Of a stretch of 64,000 nucleotides of DNA, positions 25,681 to 39,014 are shown one piece after another. The notes below the pieces were generated by a model. It saw only the letters and a program-made list of their open reading frames with translations. It was not told where the DNA came from and searched no databases. Where the stretch lies: assembly GCA_951406725.2 (NCBI GenBank), contig OX597832.1, positions 56,916,001 to 56,980,000 on the forward strand, read 5' to 3'. Source of the DNA: Octopus vulgaris. Its lineage: Eukaryota. The position numbers and the translations under genes were made by a program. Position 1 is the first letter of the stretch. Every line of letters starts with the position of its first letter.

Positions 25681-26392
25681 AGATCTTCCACTGATCAGAT
25701 CACCAGGAACGCTTGTTATTGTAACTGGAGGAGTGCCAGATATTATCAGTTAGAACTAATACACATTCCAACAAGTTTGGCCTCCAATGATAACACAATA
25801 AGCAATAACCAACAGTGGTGCATTGTGGGTATTGTGATTGTTGTCACATGGTGTGTACTCGAATAATTCCTAAACTTAATACTTTAGCTTCAATATAAAC
25901 AAAAGCAAAGTTATTTCTACACATAATACAACCTCAGTCTGACTTTTATCTTTATTTCGGAAAGTGTATGTGTTATTAGATTTGAAAACAAATTACAACC
26001 AGATTATATTATGGTATTATGGTATTGCAGGAATGGAATTATTTAATAAAGTATAAAGAAAATTTTAGCCTCTTTGGTGGTTTATGTAACATAATCGGTC
26101 AGAACACCCAGAATAAACACCCTTGGTATCCAAACAAACAACTGTCTTCAAAGACATTGGAGAAATAAGTTTTTGCAGTAAATTTGAAAAAGGAAATGTT
26201 TAGCCATTACTATATAAATAATAATATCATAGGGTATGGGGTTTCGGTAGAAACATGTCAATGTTCAGCTTTCATTTTATATACACACACACACACACAC
26301 ACACACATATGCGCACACACACACACATATATATATACTCATATATTTTGCTTTTGTATACACATGCATACATACATATATGCATACACACG

Positions 26393-26426
<34 letters not shown>

Positions 26427-26684
26427 CATACACACACATACATATGTACGTACATGCATACAGCCACGTGTATATGCATGCACACTGACACACACACATG
26501 CACACAAACAAACAAACAAATAGAACACAGCTCCGGTAATGGACAGAGTCAACGACTAATGAAGAGGTTGCAGGAAGCAATGAAAATTCTAGAAAAAATA
26601 AATAAGTGAATGAGTGGAAATCTAACCTGTGAGTGTGTTAATTAATAAGGCATTAAAACAGAATGACTCTCCCCAGACACAATC

Positions 26685-26751
<67 letters not shown>

Positions 26752-26870
26752 GATACACATATATATATATATGCACACATATATATACATATATATATAT
26801 ACATATATATACACACACAAACACACACGCACACACACATATGTAAAATTAATATGTGACAATTATTTGG

Positions 26871-26945
26871 TTGCCATAATAAGACTCCGAATTTCGGATG
26901 TTGGGGTGGAAACCTGCTCCGGCATCTCATCAGTTATCGAGGCAA
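26871..26945 (-). ncRNA. Type I hammerhead (family H1)
   Basis: ttgcctcgataa-CTGATGA-gatgccgg..ccaacatc-c-GAAA-ttcggag-TC-ttattatggcaa. Confidence 0.8.
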
Positions 26946-26978
26946 TCAAAATACATTCATTTTCATAGCATATTTTGA

Positions 26979-27053
26979 TTGCCTCGATAACTGATGAAAT
27001 GCTGGAGCAGGTTTCCACCCCAACATCTGAAACTCTCAGTCTTATTATGGAAA
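26979..27053 (+). ncRNA. Type I hammerhead (family H1)
   Basis: gataa-CTGATGA(26991)-aatgctgg..ccaacat-ct-GAAA(27029)-ctctcag-TC-ttatt. Predicted GUC cleavage after 27041. Confidence 0.75.
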
Positions 27054-27104
27054 CCAAATAATTGTCACATATTATATTACAGATATTTTGTTGTCTTACC
27101 ATAC

Positions 27105-27163
<59 letters not shown>

Positions 27164-27218
27164 CAAAAACAGTAAGATAACAAAAGAAAGAAATAGACTT
27201 CAATATTAATGTAAATTG

Positions 27219-27396
27219 AGGAATTTATCTGTAAATATAATATGTGACAATTATTCGGTAGCCAAGATAAAACTCTGAGTTTCGATGGCCGGATAAGTGA
27301 AGAGATGGTGTTGTGGATTTCCACCTCGGCATCCGAAACTCCGAGTTTTATCTTGGCTACTGAATAATTGTCACATATTATATTTACAGATAAATT

Positions 27397-27399
<3 letters not shown>
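27219..27399. repeat. Inverted repeat of the family-H1 element with a core-mutated hammerhead
   Basis: Arms 27219-27284 and 27334-27399. Motif gataa-GTGAAGA-gatg..catc-c-GAAA-ctccgag-TT-ttatc has C3G without a compensating change. Confidence 0.85.
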
Positions 27400-27440
<41 letters not shown>

Positions 27441-27457
27441 AACATAATATATATATA

Positions 27458-27727
27458 CAGTGAAACTTTGGTTTATGAATTTGATTTATTCCTGAAGGCC
27501 ATTTATTACCCAAAATGTTCATAAACTAAAACTATTTTCTCCATAGGAAATTCAAGAGACAGCATGCTTGTTGTTAACTGTTGTGTGTTCATTTGTGTTT
27601 ATTGTGGCCAGTTGTGCATTCATTATTTGCAACACTGTTTGTCACCTGCGACATTTTATGTTCAAAAAATTATATATAAAACTAATTTGTTCATGATGAG
27701 AGGAATTCATAAATTGTGATTCTACTG
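27458..27727. mobile_element. Tigger/pogo-like MITE
   Basis: TA|cagtgaaactttggtttatgaa...ttcataaattgtgattctactg|TA. Confidence 0.7.
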
Positions 27728-27835
27728 TACATATATATACATACATACACACACACATACACGATATAAATATTTATTTATATTAGTAATAAAAGATGCA
27801 ATGATTTCACAGAGGTTTTTTAAAGTTTCATTATA

Positions 27836-27945
27836 AATTCTACAGCTGTTTCAACAGTTAAAATATAAACGGTATTATTCGTATAATTAAATATATATGA
27901 TTAATTAGTTTAAATGTCACAGATAAATCGTTTTCATCAGGAAAT
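27836..27945 (-). ncRNA. Hammerhead motif with a long stem/loop II
   Basis: atttc-CTGATGA-aaac..(~80 nt AT-rich)..gtt-GAAA-CAGCTG-TA-gaatt. Stem III is palindromic. Confidence 0.55.
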
Positions 27946-30900
27946 AAAATTGCAACACAAAAAACTAAAACTGATGCTAAATTGAAGATATATCCAAAAC
28001 ACACACACACACACAACATGTCAACACTTCCATGTTTGCTTGGGTCAAATGTGTGAGTATGTGTGTGTGTGTATGTGTGTGTATGTGTGTGTGTGTGTGT
28101 ATGTGTGTGTGTGTGTCTAGGCACAGCACATTCACATATCAATTAATTTAATGTATTGAATATATAATTTCTAAATATAATATATTTTATTTATTCATAA
28201 TAACTGGTCATATAAAGATAGAGTTTATATTATTGCTATATCGTTATTTAAATGGATTAATTATCTTAATTGACCCTTTTTCTCTTATCATCATCACGGG
28301 ACGGTGAATTGGCAGAGTTGTTAGAGCAGCAGGCAAAACACCTCGCAGTACTTCTGGCTCTTTATATCCTGAGTTCAATTCCTACCATGATTGACTTTGC
28401 TTTCCCTCCGACCAGGGTATCAATAAAGTAACATAAAATAGGGTCTGATATCAATGGTAGCGATTAACATTCTCCCAGAAATTTCAGGCTAGAAACAATT
28501 CTAAGAGATTACTGATGCCACTAGTTTGGTGAAGATAAAATGCCTGCAATAATGCATTTGCTATTTGTGCCGATCATTTTATTCCATCACAAGAGAACGA
28601 TACAAAACGAATGTGTTTTATATGGTATATGTTAGCACTGTCGAATGACACCATGTGTGATCATATCAAATGTAAAACCATTTGAAGGGCAAAACCCAAT
28701 CACAACAAAAAGAAAAGCCACAGGTGTATTTATATAACAGAAAAAACAAAAATGAAAATACTGAGCGCAGATTTTCTCCCAGCAAGGAAAACGTTCAATA
28801 AAATATTTAATGGAGGAATATCTGAAGAAACAATGGTTTACTCGCATCCTCAGAGATTTCCAAAGTAATTGCGAAAATGCAAAAAGCTAGCAAGCCACAT
28901 AATGACAAGGGAACGAGGGAACGAGGGAACGAGGGAACTTTAGTTTTTCCTGCGGCATCTGTTGTGATTTTCTAGTGCCAGGAAGTCGAGTGCATATTTA
29001 ATTACCAAGGCCGTCCCTTTGTCGTTATCAAAAGTGCATTAATGAAATGACTGAGGATGAGTAAAAAATAAATAAATAAATAAATAAATAAAAACAAAAA
29101 CAAAAACAAACAAACTGTACAGTTGCCAGTTTGCTGTAAATTGATGAATCCATTTTAAGAGATAATAAAGCTCTTCTGATGTTAGGAGTTTGGATGCTAA
29201 ACAGCTTCAAGAGGAAATGCTATATCATTTATCATTAATTTTACATGTTCCAGCCATTGGACCGTGGTCATACAGGGGTACTACCTTGAAGTGTCAGCAC
29301 GCCAGGCGAAATGCTTAATAGTATTTCCTCTGCCGCTACCTCCTGAGTTCAAATTCCGCCAAGATCGACATTGCCTTTCAAGGTCGATAAAATAAGTACC
29401 AGTTACGCACTGGGGTCGATGTAATCGACTTAATCCCTTTGTCTGTCCTTGTTTGTCTCCTCTATGTTTAGCCCCTTCCTTAAATCCATAAAAATGTTTT
29501 AGCCCAAAGGCCGCGGCCATGCTGGGGCACCACTTGTGGACAATAAAGAAATAAAATTGAGGCCCGTTCCGTTGTATTTCAAACCTGGTACTTATTTCCT
29601 CAGTGTGAGTTAGAGAATGTAAACAAACCAACACTGGTTCCAAAATGGTGAGAGACAAACAAAGAACATAGCCACATGCATACTATTTATTGCAGGTAAA
29701 TTTCAACAACTAAATGTTATATGAACCCTTAAGGGTTATATGAATCCCCCTTAAGAACCACTTGCTTAGAGACTAGGTCTCCTATCTGACAAGGACCTGT
29801 TATCCTGGCGATCTGCTACAATGTATAAATCAAACAAGCTTTCCCTAATTTCTCCTAGTCTCAGAGATTCTGAAAAAAGACCCAGCTAGGAGCACTGTCC
29901 CTTTCTTCCCATGACTTAACCACATAATACGAAAAGAAAACAAAACAAGAACAACAACAACAACAACAAAAAAAAATAGAAATCATGTTTCAACCGTGTT
30001 TACTTTGTGCCAATTCTGTCCAGTATTTTCTCCGTGGATATAATTGTGATTTGATAACGGGTTTTTCTCTTAGTCTTGACTGTAAAAACATTCTATTTTT
30101 CCCGAAGTACTGATAAATACAACCTTCTTACAATATCTGTCTGATATTGCCAGTACACTCCACGTACCGTTGCCATTAATTGGCTCTCGTGTTTTTCTAT
30201 CCTCAAAGGTTTCCTTATCTTCTAACTGATTACATAACGCTAACTCGCTGTTGGAACAGCTAAAAGATTGCAGTCTATTATTCTGAATTTATTAGACAAG
30301 TCTGTCTGGAGTGCAAGGCTGGTTAATACATTTATATTATTCCTCCCCCCAGAACACTTCCTTTGTTTGTTGATATCCAAAGACTAATACACACTTGTGT
30401 AATATTAATCTCAAGACTTAAAATATCCTTTTTCTGTTTTTTTTCGTTTTTTAAATGGACTGGTCAGATGAGGAATGGCAGTGTCTATGATTTTACTCAA
30501 GCCTTCCAACTCTAGTGGGAAGAAATCCTCACCCTTTTCCTCTTCCTCCTCCTCCTCCTCCTCATCATCATCATTATCATCAACATCGTCATTGTCATCA
30601 TCATTGCATTCATCAGTGCCGTCATCATCGTTTGTCATCACCATCATCATCATCGTCATCATTGATTGTCCTCATTGTCATCAGCATCATTACCATCATC
30701 GTCATCATTATTGTAGTCAACGTCATTGTCATCATCATCGTCATCATCATCATCCTCATCATCATCACCCCATCATCCTCATCATTGTTGTCATCATTAT
30801 CATCATCATTAATCAATCCCTGGACATTACTATCACAAGTCTTAACACTCACAGAGCCCCTCTACAACAAGAACCTGCTTTCTCCCCTTCTCTCATACTT

Positions 30901-31158
30901 TAATCCCTCATCTTATTACATAATGTCCCTTCCTCCTTCAGGGTACATGGTATTGTTGAGTTGCATAAAAGCCTCACAAGTGCTGGGAACATGAAGGAAA
31001 AAAAAAAAGAAAAAAGCACCCACTTACATGCTACAGAGTGGTTGGCATTTAGGAAGGGCATCCAGACCAAGAAACCACGCCAGAGCAGACAACTGGAATT
31101 GGTGTGGCCCTTAGATCCATCGCATCCTGCCAAACCATCCAAACCAATTATGGTGATA

Positions 31159-31423
31159 ATAATGATTATGATGATGAACAAAATAAACATGATAGTCATG
31201 GTTGGAACAGCTTTGATTATAGGTCTACTCAATCAGAGTTTATAAGGGGTTAAACGACAATAACAATAAGGGCCAAGTTAAAGGAGCGACGAGAAAATAA
31301 TGATTATGATGATGAACCAAAATAAACATGATAGTCATGGTTGGAACATCTTTGATTATAGGTCTACTCAATCAGAGTTTATAAGGGGTTAAAGAACAAT
31401 AACAATAAGGGCCAAGTCAAAGG
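31159..31423. repeat. ~125-bp direct tandem duplication
   Basis: 31159-31284 matches 31297-31423. Confidence 0.9.
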
Positions 31424-33149
31424 CAGGAGAGACTCCAAAAGTCTGCCTTCGTCTCAACATACTCACAACATGCCAACCGTTTTTAATGGCTAAACTCTGC
31501 TTCAGTCTCTTACGTAAAAGACAAAAGTTTCCAGCGCCAATGCATTAGTTCCTTACAAGACTACAGAACATTCACATTTGTTTTATTCTTATTTATATTA
31601 TCAGCACATTATTCATGGTTTAAGTTTTGCAACCGAGCTATACATTCTATGGAATATACACAAAAAAGTCTTTCTGATAATCAATCTCCCAAGAAGGAAA
31701 AAATGCATTTAAAAAAAATAGGAAAACAAAGACAAAACGAAAACAAAACAACAAGAGTTTCCATTTCATGTTTTTTGATAAATCTGAAGTGTTTATGCCA
31801 AAAATGTTGTTATTAATCATTTTTAGCGGTGGAGAATTGGTTTTCTTCAAGAATTCACTGAGAAAATCTTTTGCAATATTAATGCTTTATTAAATTTGAT
31901 TTATAACTTAACTCTTTGGTTGAAAACTGGATAACGACCCTATTTCATGATGGTGCATTGGTACAAAAGTAAGATATTATCAACAAACGTGAAAATTATG
32001 TCTTTGGAATTTCTTGGCATTCATTCTTTTTTTTTATCCTTTATCTTTTGTTTCAGTTGTTGGACTGTGGCCATGCTAGGGCATTGCCTTGAAGGAGTTT
32101 AAGTTAAACAAATCAACCTTGTACTTTTTTCTTTTTTAAATATGGTGCTTATTCAATCAGTTTCTTTTGCTGAACTACTAAGTTATAAAGAAATAAACAA
32201 ACCAACTTCTTAACTACACAACCATGTCTGTAGTAACTGAAAGAATTGATGGAGCATCGGATGAAATAGTTGGTGCTATAATAGCTACTTCTCAATGTTC
32301 TGTGGTCAACAAAGGGAAAACTGCAGCAGTCAAGCAGAGGAATTAGTCTGACCGAGTAAAAATGTCAAAGATACAAACCACAGTCATGCATTAATGAACC
32401 ATCATTATCATCATCATTATCATCATCATCATTATCATCATCATTGTTTAACGTCTCTTTTTGATGATAGCATGGGTTGGACGGTTTGACTGGGGTCTGG
32501 GAAGCCAGGAGGCTGCACCAGGCCACCCATCTGATCTAGCAGTGTTTCTACAGCTGGATGCCCTTCCTAAAATGCCAACCACTCCGAGAGCATAGTGGTT
32601 GCTTCTTACGTGCCACCGGCAAAAGATTAAATGAATAACAAGCTGGCAATGTGGAGATAAATCCACTGTAACACTTCACATCAGTGAGTATGCAACGCAA
32701 TCCACTGTATTAGCAGACATCACCAGTAGATAAGCTACAACCCTTGGTGTTGAGCTTACCTATGTCCTTGTAAGATAGAGCTAGGGTTAGTTATTAGTCA
32801 ACACTAAAACGAAAGTCAATTCTTCTCTGTCGTGCTTATTTACCTAAGTTAATTAAGTATTCTTACATGGTATCATTTATTTATACAACCGACATTAAAA
32901 GAAGATGTAATATGTAAAACCCTATTTGATTTTCTTTTTTCTTCTACATTTTCTTCCTGTCATGTATGCAATAAAGCAACAGATGTTCGCTGGCTGATTA
33001 TAAATTCCTGCACCCTATTCTGTCTCAAGACAAAACTGGTTTGTTACACTCAAGCAATATATTTTCCACATTGCTATCTTAACAAGGAGTGGGGAAGAGA
33101 TAAAGCAATTTTGCCTTTTTCTAGTCATTCTTAACTTTTTGTTACCATA

Positions 33150-33553
33150 GGTGCAGGAGTGGCTGTGTGGTAAGTAGCTTGCTTACCAACCACATGGTTC
33201 TGGGTTCAGTCCCACTGCATGGCATCTTGGCAAGTGTCTTCTACTATAGCCTCAGGCCGACCAATGCTTTGTGAGTGGATTTGGTAGACGGAAACTGAAA
33301 GAAGCCTATTGTATATATGTATATATATATATGTATGTGTGTGTATGTGTGTCTGTGTTTGTCCCCCTAGCATTGCTTGACAACCGATGCTGGTGTGTTT
33401 ACGTTCCCGTCACTTAGCGGTTCAGCAAAAGAGACCGATATAATAAGTACTGGGCTTATAAAGAATAGTCCCGGGGTCGATTTGCTCGACTAAAGGCAGT
33501 GCTCCAGCATGGCCGTAGTCAAATGACTGAAACAAGTAAAAGAGTAAAGAGTA
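33150..33553 (+). mobile_element. SINE family A inserted in a TTAA-MITE
   Basis: Full length. Preceded by ttaactttttgttaccat and followed by the MITE body. Confidence 0.9.
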
Positions 33554-33644
33554 TATTTTCGTTGAAATAACTGAAAGAACATTGCTTTTTGTTTCAATAA
33601 AATTTGAAAATAAAGAAGAATTTAGCAAGATAATTTTGTTATAA

Positions 33645-33871
33645 TTAACTATTTAGCATTTAAACTGGCTATAAGCCAGCTCAAATATTCTACCTGTGTT
33701 ATGCAAAAGCTGGTCAAATTTGGTCTCTCACACCTATCCTACAATGCTGCTCTAAGAATAAGCAATCACATCATTGAGATCTTGGAGCCACAAGGTAATG
33801 CATGATTAATTCAAACAATGTGAATGAATAAGAATACACCCGACAGTGTAATCTGAATGTCAGGGAGTTAA
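33645..33871 (+). mobile_element. Second TTAA-flanked (piggyBac-like) MITE family
   Basis: ttaa..tttagcattta...ctgaatgtcagggag|ttaa. Related copies at 3040-3185, 35905-36095 and 41403-41795(-). Confidence 0.6.
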
Positions 33872-34090
33872 GCTGAGGTTTGGAACATGAATATAAAGGG
33901 CTTTCAATTTCCATCAACCAAATCCACTCACAAGGCTTTGGTTGGCCTGAGGCTATAGTAGAAGACACTTGACCAAGGTACCTTATAGTAGGACTGAACC
34001 TGTAATCATATAGTTGAGAAGCAAACTTGTTACCACACAGCCACCACTATGCTGGAACATGTTAATGTACATATTGTTGTTGAATCAAAA

Positions 34091-34355
34091 AGAGTGCATG
34101 GCCTAATGGTTAAGGTGTTACACCTGTGACCATGAGATCATGGGTTCAGTTCCTAGATAAGGCAGCGTGTTGTGTTCTTGAGCAAAACACTTCGTTTCAT
34201 GTTGCTCTGCAATCGCTTTGACACCTGACATGTGGTACGCTGTGCACCTGTACAGGTAATGTCAATATGATGGAGGAAGTGAACTAAGGAGAACCATAAG
34301 CATTTGATCGCTATAAACAAAACACCTGTGTAGGCTGTTTAGCAAGAAATTATCT
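34091..34355 (+). mobile_element. tRNA-derived SINE (family D-related head)
   Basis: tggcctaatgg..ggttcagttcc..gtgttcttgagcaaaacact. Its 3' part repeats at 34480-34630, and a related copy lies at 39880-40030(-). Confidence 0.7.
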
Positions 34356-36108
34356 TTCTTGGACTCAAGAGACTACCAAGAAGATGTGTGTGTGCATGTA
34401 TGTGTTTGTGTGTGTGTGTGTGCATGTGTGTGTGAGAGAGAGAGAGAGAGAGAAAGTATTCACAATTATGTACATGCAATTACTTTAACACCTGACATGT
34501 GGCACACATGTGCATCTGTACGGGCGAAGTGAATTCGATGGAGGAAGTGTGTTAGTGTACGCCAGAAAAATTTGATCACTATAAACAAAACATTTGTGCA
34601 GGTCGTTCGGCAGAGAAACAGCAGAACCATCTTTCTCAGACTGGAACCACTACCGTTATTATTCATCACGTCTACTGAATAACACCCTGCCACATACCCA
34701 CCTCTGATCAATGGAGCCAGGGTACGGAAAGTAACAGACTAATTTAACACGTCCAGCACATCTGATACATCATTTTTTCCCTTTCATCAGCATCTATATT
34801 TATATATATATATTCTCTCCTGCGATAATTTTAACAAGATGCATAAATCATCTATAGGCAAAGGTTCCCATACACACATCAGTTACATGAAATGCATCTA
34901 CAAACAGACTTTCAGCTTCTTATATAATAATATCAAGGCATTGCATAGACTACCTGCTGAGAGAGGTTTTGATTATCCAGTTTTAGAGAGCAGAACACTC
35001 TACAGATATAAAGTATAAGTTAGTTATATTGATCGAGATCAATATCTGCATAGTAGCAGGTCATCTCCTGCTTTGCCAACTCAGTGATTCACCTTTGATT
35101 TCTGATTATAGATATTTCGCTTTTACGAAAGACATAAACTTCACGACGCCTGCCCACTCCATTCTCCCCACCCTCGCCTACCTTTTAAACTCATGCCAAC
35201 AGATAAGCTCTATTTACTGCAATTGTATTATATAAATAAAATATTGATTTATCACCTGATTGATTAACATCACATTCATTTATTATTGAGGCAAGCGTTA
35301 TCACGAGTACAATGACAAGAAGCTGTAATACCACAGGGTGAACCCATCTCTTTCATTAGTTTCCTCCTCTTTAGATCTAAGTTCAAACCCAACCAGGTTT
35401 GACTATTGTTTTCTATTCCCCACAGGGTTAATAAAATAACTGGTTTCATGTAACACATGTAGTTCTGTTGTTTTAAACAAAATAACTGTCCCTTCGGATT
35501 TATGGTCTGATGCCAACGTAAAAACCAAAACAAAATAAAAATCAATATGGCAGACAACAATAATTACGGTCAGTTTAGATGTTTAAATAATGGTTCATAT
35601 GTAAATTTGTCGATACGAAAGAGAACATGAAATGTGTTTGAAATCATTGTGTAATTTGCCACGGAAGAATTAACGAATTTACATCCTAATTGAAAACAGA
35701 TTGAAAACTTCTTTGGAGAAGAATACTGAATGAATTTGTTTTAGTTAACTCTTCAAATATGACATGGAACAGGTTAAATAGATTATTAGATCGCTGTTCA
35801 CAGACCCATCCTACATGTAGTCATCATCATCAGCATCATCATCATCATCATCATCATCATCAGTGTGCATAGAAATTATTATTATTATTATTTTTTTTTT
35901 GCATTAGGGCTTCATTTAAACTGGTGATATCTGACCAAAATATTCTACCTGATTTAAGTTAAAACAGACCAGATCCAACCTCTCACACGTACCCCACAAT
36001 GTCGTTCTAAAAATATACAATCACATCTTCGCAATATTGAAGCTACAGCATAATGCCTGATTTGGTTCAAAACAGCATGAATGAATAAATAATAAACTGG
36101 ACAAAGAA

Positions 36109-36331
36109 ATCATCATCATCATCAACCACCACCACCACCACCACAATCATCATCATCATCATCATTATCACTACATTCACCACCACCACCACCACCACCA
36201 ACAGCAACACCAACACCACCACCAACACTATCACCATCATCATCACCATCATCATCATCATCATCATCATATTCACCACCACCATCATCATCACCATCAT
36301 CATCATCACTACATTCACCACCACCACCACC

Positions 36332-36395
<64 letters not shown>

Positions 36396-36403
36396 CTACA
36401 TTC

Positions 36404-36434
<31 letters not shown>

Positions 36435-36461
36435 CCACCACCACCACCATCACCATCATCA
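36109..36461. repeat. (CAT)/(CAC)n expanded LINE tail
   Basis: Read directly; contiguous with a minus-strand family-C tail. Confidence 0.9.
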
Positions 36462-37573
36462 TTTAACGTCCATTGTCCGTGTTGGCATGAGTTGGACTGT
36501 TTGACCAGGGCTGGCAAGCTGGGGAGTTGCACCAGACTCTAGTCTGATTTGCCATGCTTTCTACAGCTGGATGCCCTTCCTAACGCCAACCACTCCAAGA
36601 GTGTAATGGGTGCTTTTACATGCCAGTTGCAAGAAACCAGTCTCTGCCACAACTACGATTTCACTTGGCTCGATGGATCTTCTTCTCAAGCACAGCATAT
36701 TGCCAAAGGTCTCGGTCATTTGCCATTGCCTCCACAAGACCCAACACTCAAAAGCTGCTTTTTACATGCTACCAGCACAGATGAAAGTTACTCAACACAG
36801 ATATCGGCCACAGATAATTTTAACATGTCAAGAATTTATGTTATTACAGTATTTGACACACCTGCTCTTGTTCACATCATGTCATTTAATATATGAAAAC
36901 TAAAGGGTTAAAAAAATATATCAAAAGATAATTTAATTTGTCTGAGTTAACAGGTGGCAGACATAATTTGCTGCACAGTTTGATGGCCATCATTAGACCA
37001 CGAGGTGCCTTTTGGGAGAGAGTCCATTCTAGTGCATGCGTTCCCTGGTCTGAGGATAACAGGATATCTTCATGCAGCTGTCCAACAAGCTGCACTTCCT
37101 TCCTCATTTCTATTCCTATTGCTACCAATTTCAGAAACCATGTGGAATGATCACAAGTGCTGGCCTTGTCCTCTAAGGCATAAAAGATTTTTTAAAATCT
37201 CCACTTTTAACTAAATTTTTAAAAGTAAAGCTTTAGGTTAAAAGAGAAAGAAGACCAATTACTTTCCTATTACTGGGTGTTAGTCAAAGGATTGTGGCCA
37301 TGCTGGTGCATGACCATACTGAGGTATATATCAGTGGCTGTGTGGTAAGAGGTTTGCTTCCCAACTACATGGTTCTGGGTTCAGTCCCACTGTGTAACAT
37401 CTTGGGCAAGTGTCTTCTACTATAGCCTCAGGCCAACCAAAGCCTTGTGAGTGGATTTGGTAGATGAAAACTGAAAGAAGCCCATTGCATACATATATAT
37501 ATATATACAGGCACCATGATAGATCATTAGCCACTACACACATTTTTTTTCTCTCCTTGTTTTTTCTGTGTCC

Positions 37574-37609
37574 CTTTCTGTAGAAGAGCGTAGGCTCGAA
37601 ACGTAAAAG
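37574..37609 (+). ncRNA. Minimal hammerhead-like motif, non-canonical core
   Basis: cttt-CTGTAGA-a-gagc(gtag)gctc-GAAA-cg-TA-aaag, within a ~190-bp segment between (TA)n tracts. Confidence 0.45.
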
Positions 37610-39014
37610 ACTTTTTCTATTCCTGAGCATTATACTAATACATCTGTTTGTTTTGTACACCACCTGTCTTCATCTTTTGTTTTTTTCGTAAACTCTCCCT
37701 ATATATATATATATATATATATATTTTATATATATATATACAATGGGCTTCATAGAGTGGAGTAAACGAAGTGATCTTGGAATACTGAAAGCACAAGTTC
37801 TGCTGGGCCAGACATGTTGCAAGGTTCACAGGTGGACAACATATGTGTGTGTGTGTGTGTGTGAGTGTGTAATGCTGGTGCCATATAAAAAGCATGCAGT
37901 ACACTCTGTAAAATTGTTGATGTTAGGAAGGACATGCAGCAGTGGAAACCATATCAAAAGAGACAACTGGAACCTGGTGCAGCTCTTTGGCTTGCCATTT
38001 CCTGTCAAACCATCCGACCCATGCCAGCATTGAAAAACACATGTTAAGTGATGTTGGTGATGATGATCACACACACACACACACACACACAGCAGAATCA
38101 TCTTGATTGCGTGTTTTTACCTCTATTACATTGCCATTTTAATGACAAAGGCATAGTAGCATAATAAAAATAAAAGTCGAAAGGATGATGATGATGATGA
38201 TGGTTGTGATAGAGGTGGTGGTGGTGGTGATAATCCTGGCAGTGATGGTAATTGTAGCAGAGAGGTGATGATGACGACGATGATAATGAAAGCGATGATA
38301 ATGATGACGATGGATGATAGTGATAGTGACGGTGGTGGAGGCGATAAAGGTGATGATGATAGTTAATGGTGGTGACGGGGATGATGGACGATGATGTGGT
38401 GATGGTGGCAGCAAGTGATGATAGCAACAACGATGATAGTGATAATAGCAGCAGCAGTGGTAGTGGTGGTGGTGGTGGTGGTGGTGATTATGATCACGAT
38501 GTCTCTCCTATAAAATCGTTATGCAATTTTTTCCTCACCAAGTAAATAATAAAATTGTCTTGAAACTATCCTAATGTAATTTTTATAAATGTTTAAGAGG
38601 GAGACCATTAAAACCCATTATTAGATTTTCTTTCACTTTTGCAGTAGACTGATAAATTTGTTCACTGAAATTTGTGGAAACAATAAAATTTAGATTTCAG
38701 CTTCTTCAATGAGATAAAACATGGCTCAGCGGCAGAGCAAAACCAAGAGTTAAAGTGTTAATGCAAAGATCGTATTGGGTTATTGTATGAGTTGAGCTAA
38801 TGAAGTGGCCTCTTTTCAGTTTGATTGACCAGTTAAAGATCATCGTCATTGTTTTAACATCCAGTTTTTCAGGTGTACACGAGTCAGGCAAAATTCTTTG
38901 AGATAGATTTTCTATAGCTGGACTCCCTTCTTGTTGCTAGCCTTCAGCTGTTTCCAAGTTGAGTAATATTTTTTGTAGTTCTTTGATTATAAACAGCAGA
39001 ATAATGTAAGGTCA

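Larger units (their letters stand above)
26850..27074. repeat. Near-perfect palindrome with ~104-bp arms, each carrying a hammerhead
   Basis: 26850-26953 pairs with 26971-27074 across a 17-nt spacer. Confidence 0.95.

Noticed and set aside
25682-25770. Helitron PIF1-like motif (VIVTGG/QILSV)
   Set aside because: Too short and frameshifted to support without a search.
28630-28670. hAT transposase-like peptide LSNDTMCDHI
   Set aside because: A single short motif with no continuation.
32729-32764. miRNA-like hairpin
   Set aside because: The stem is only about 14 bp, too short for a pre-miRNA.
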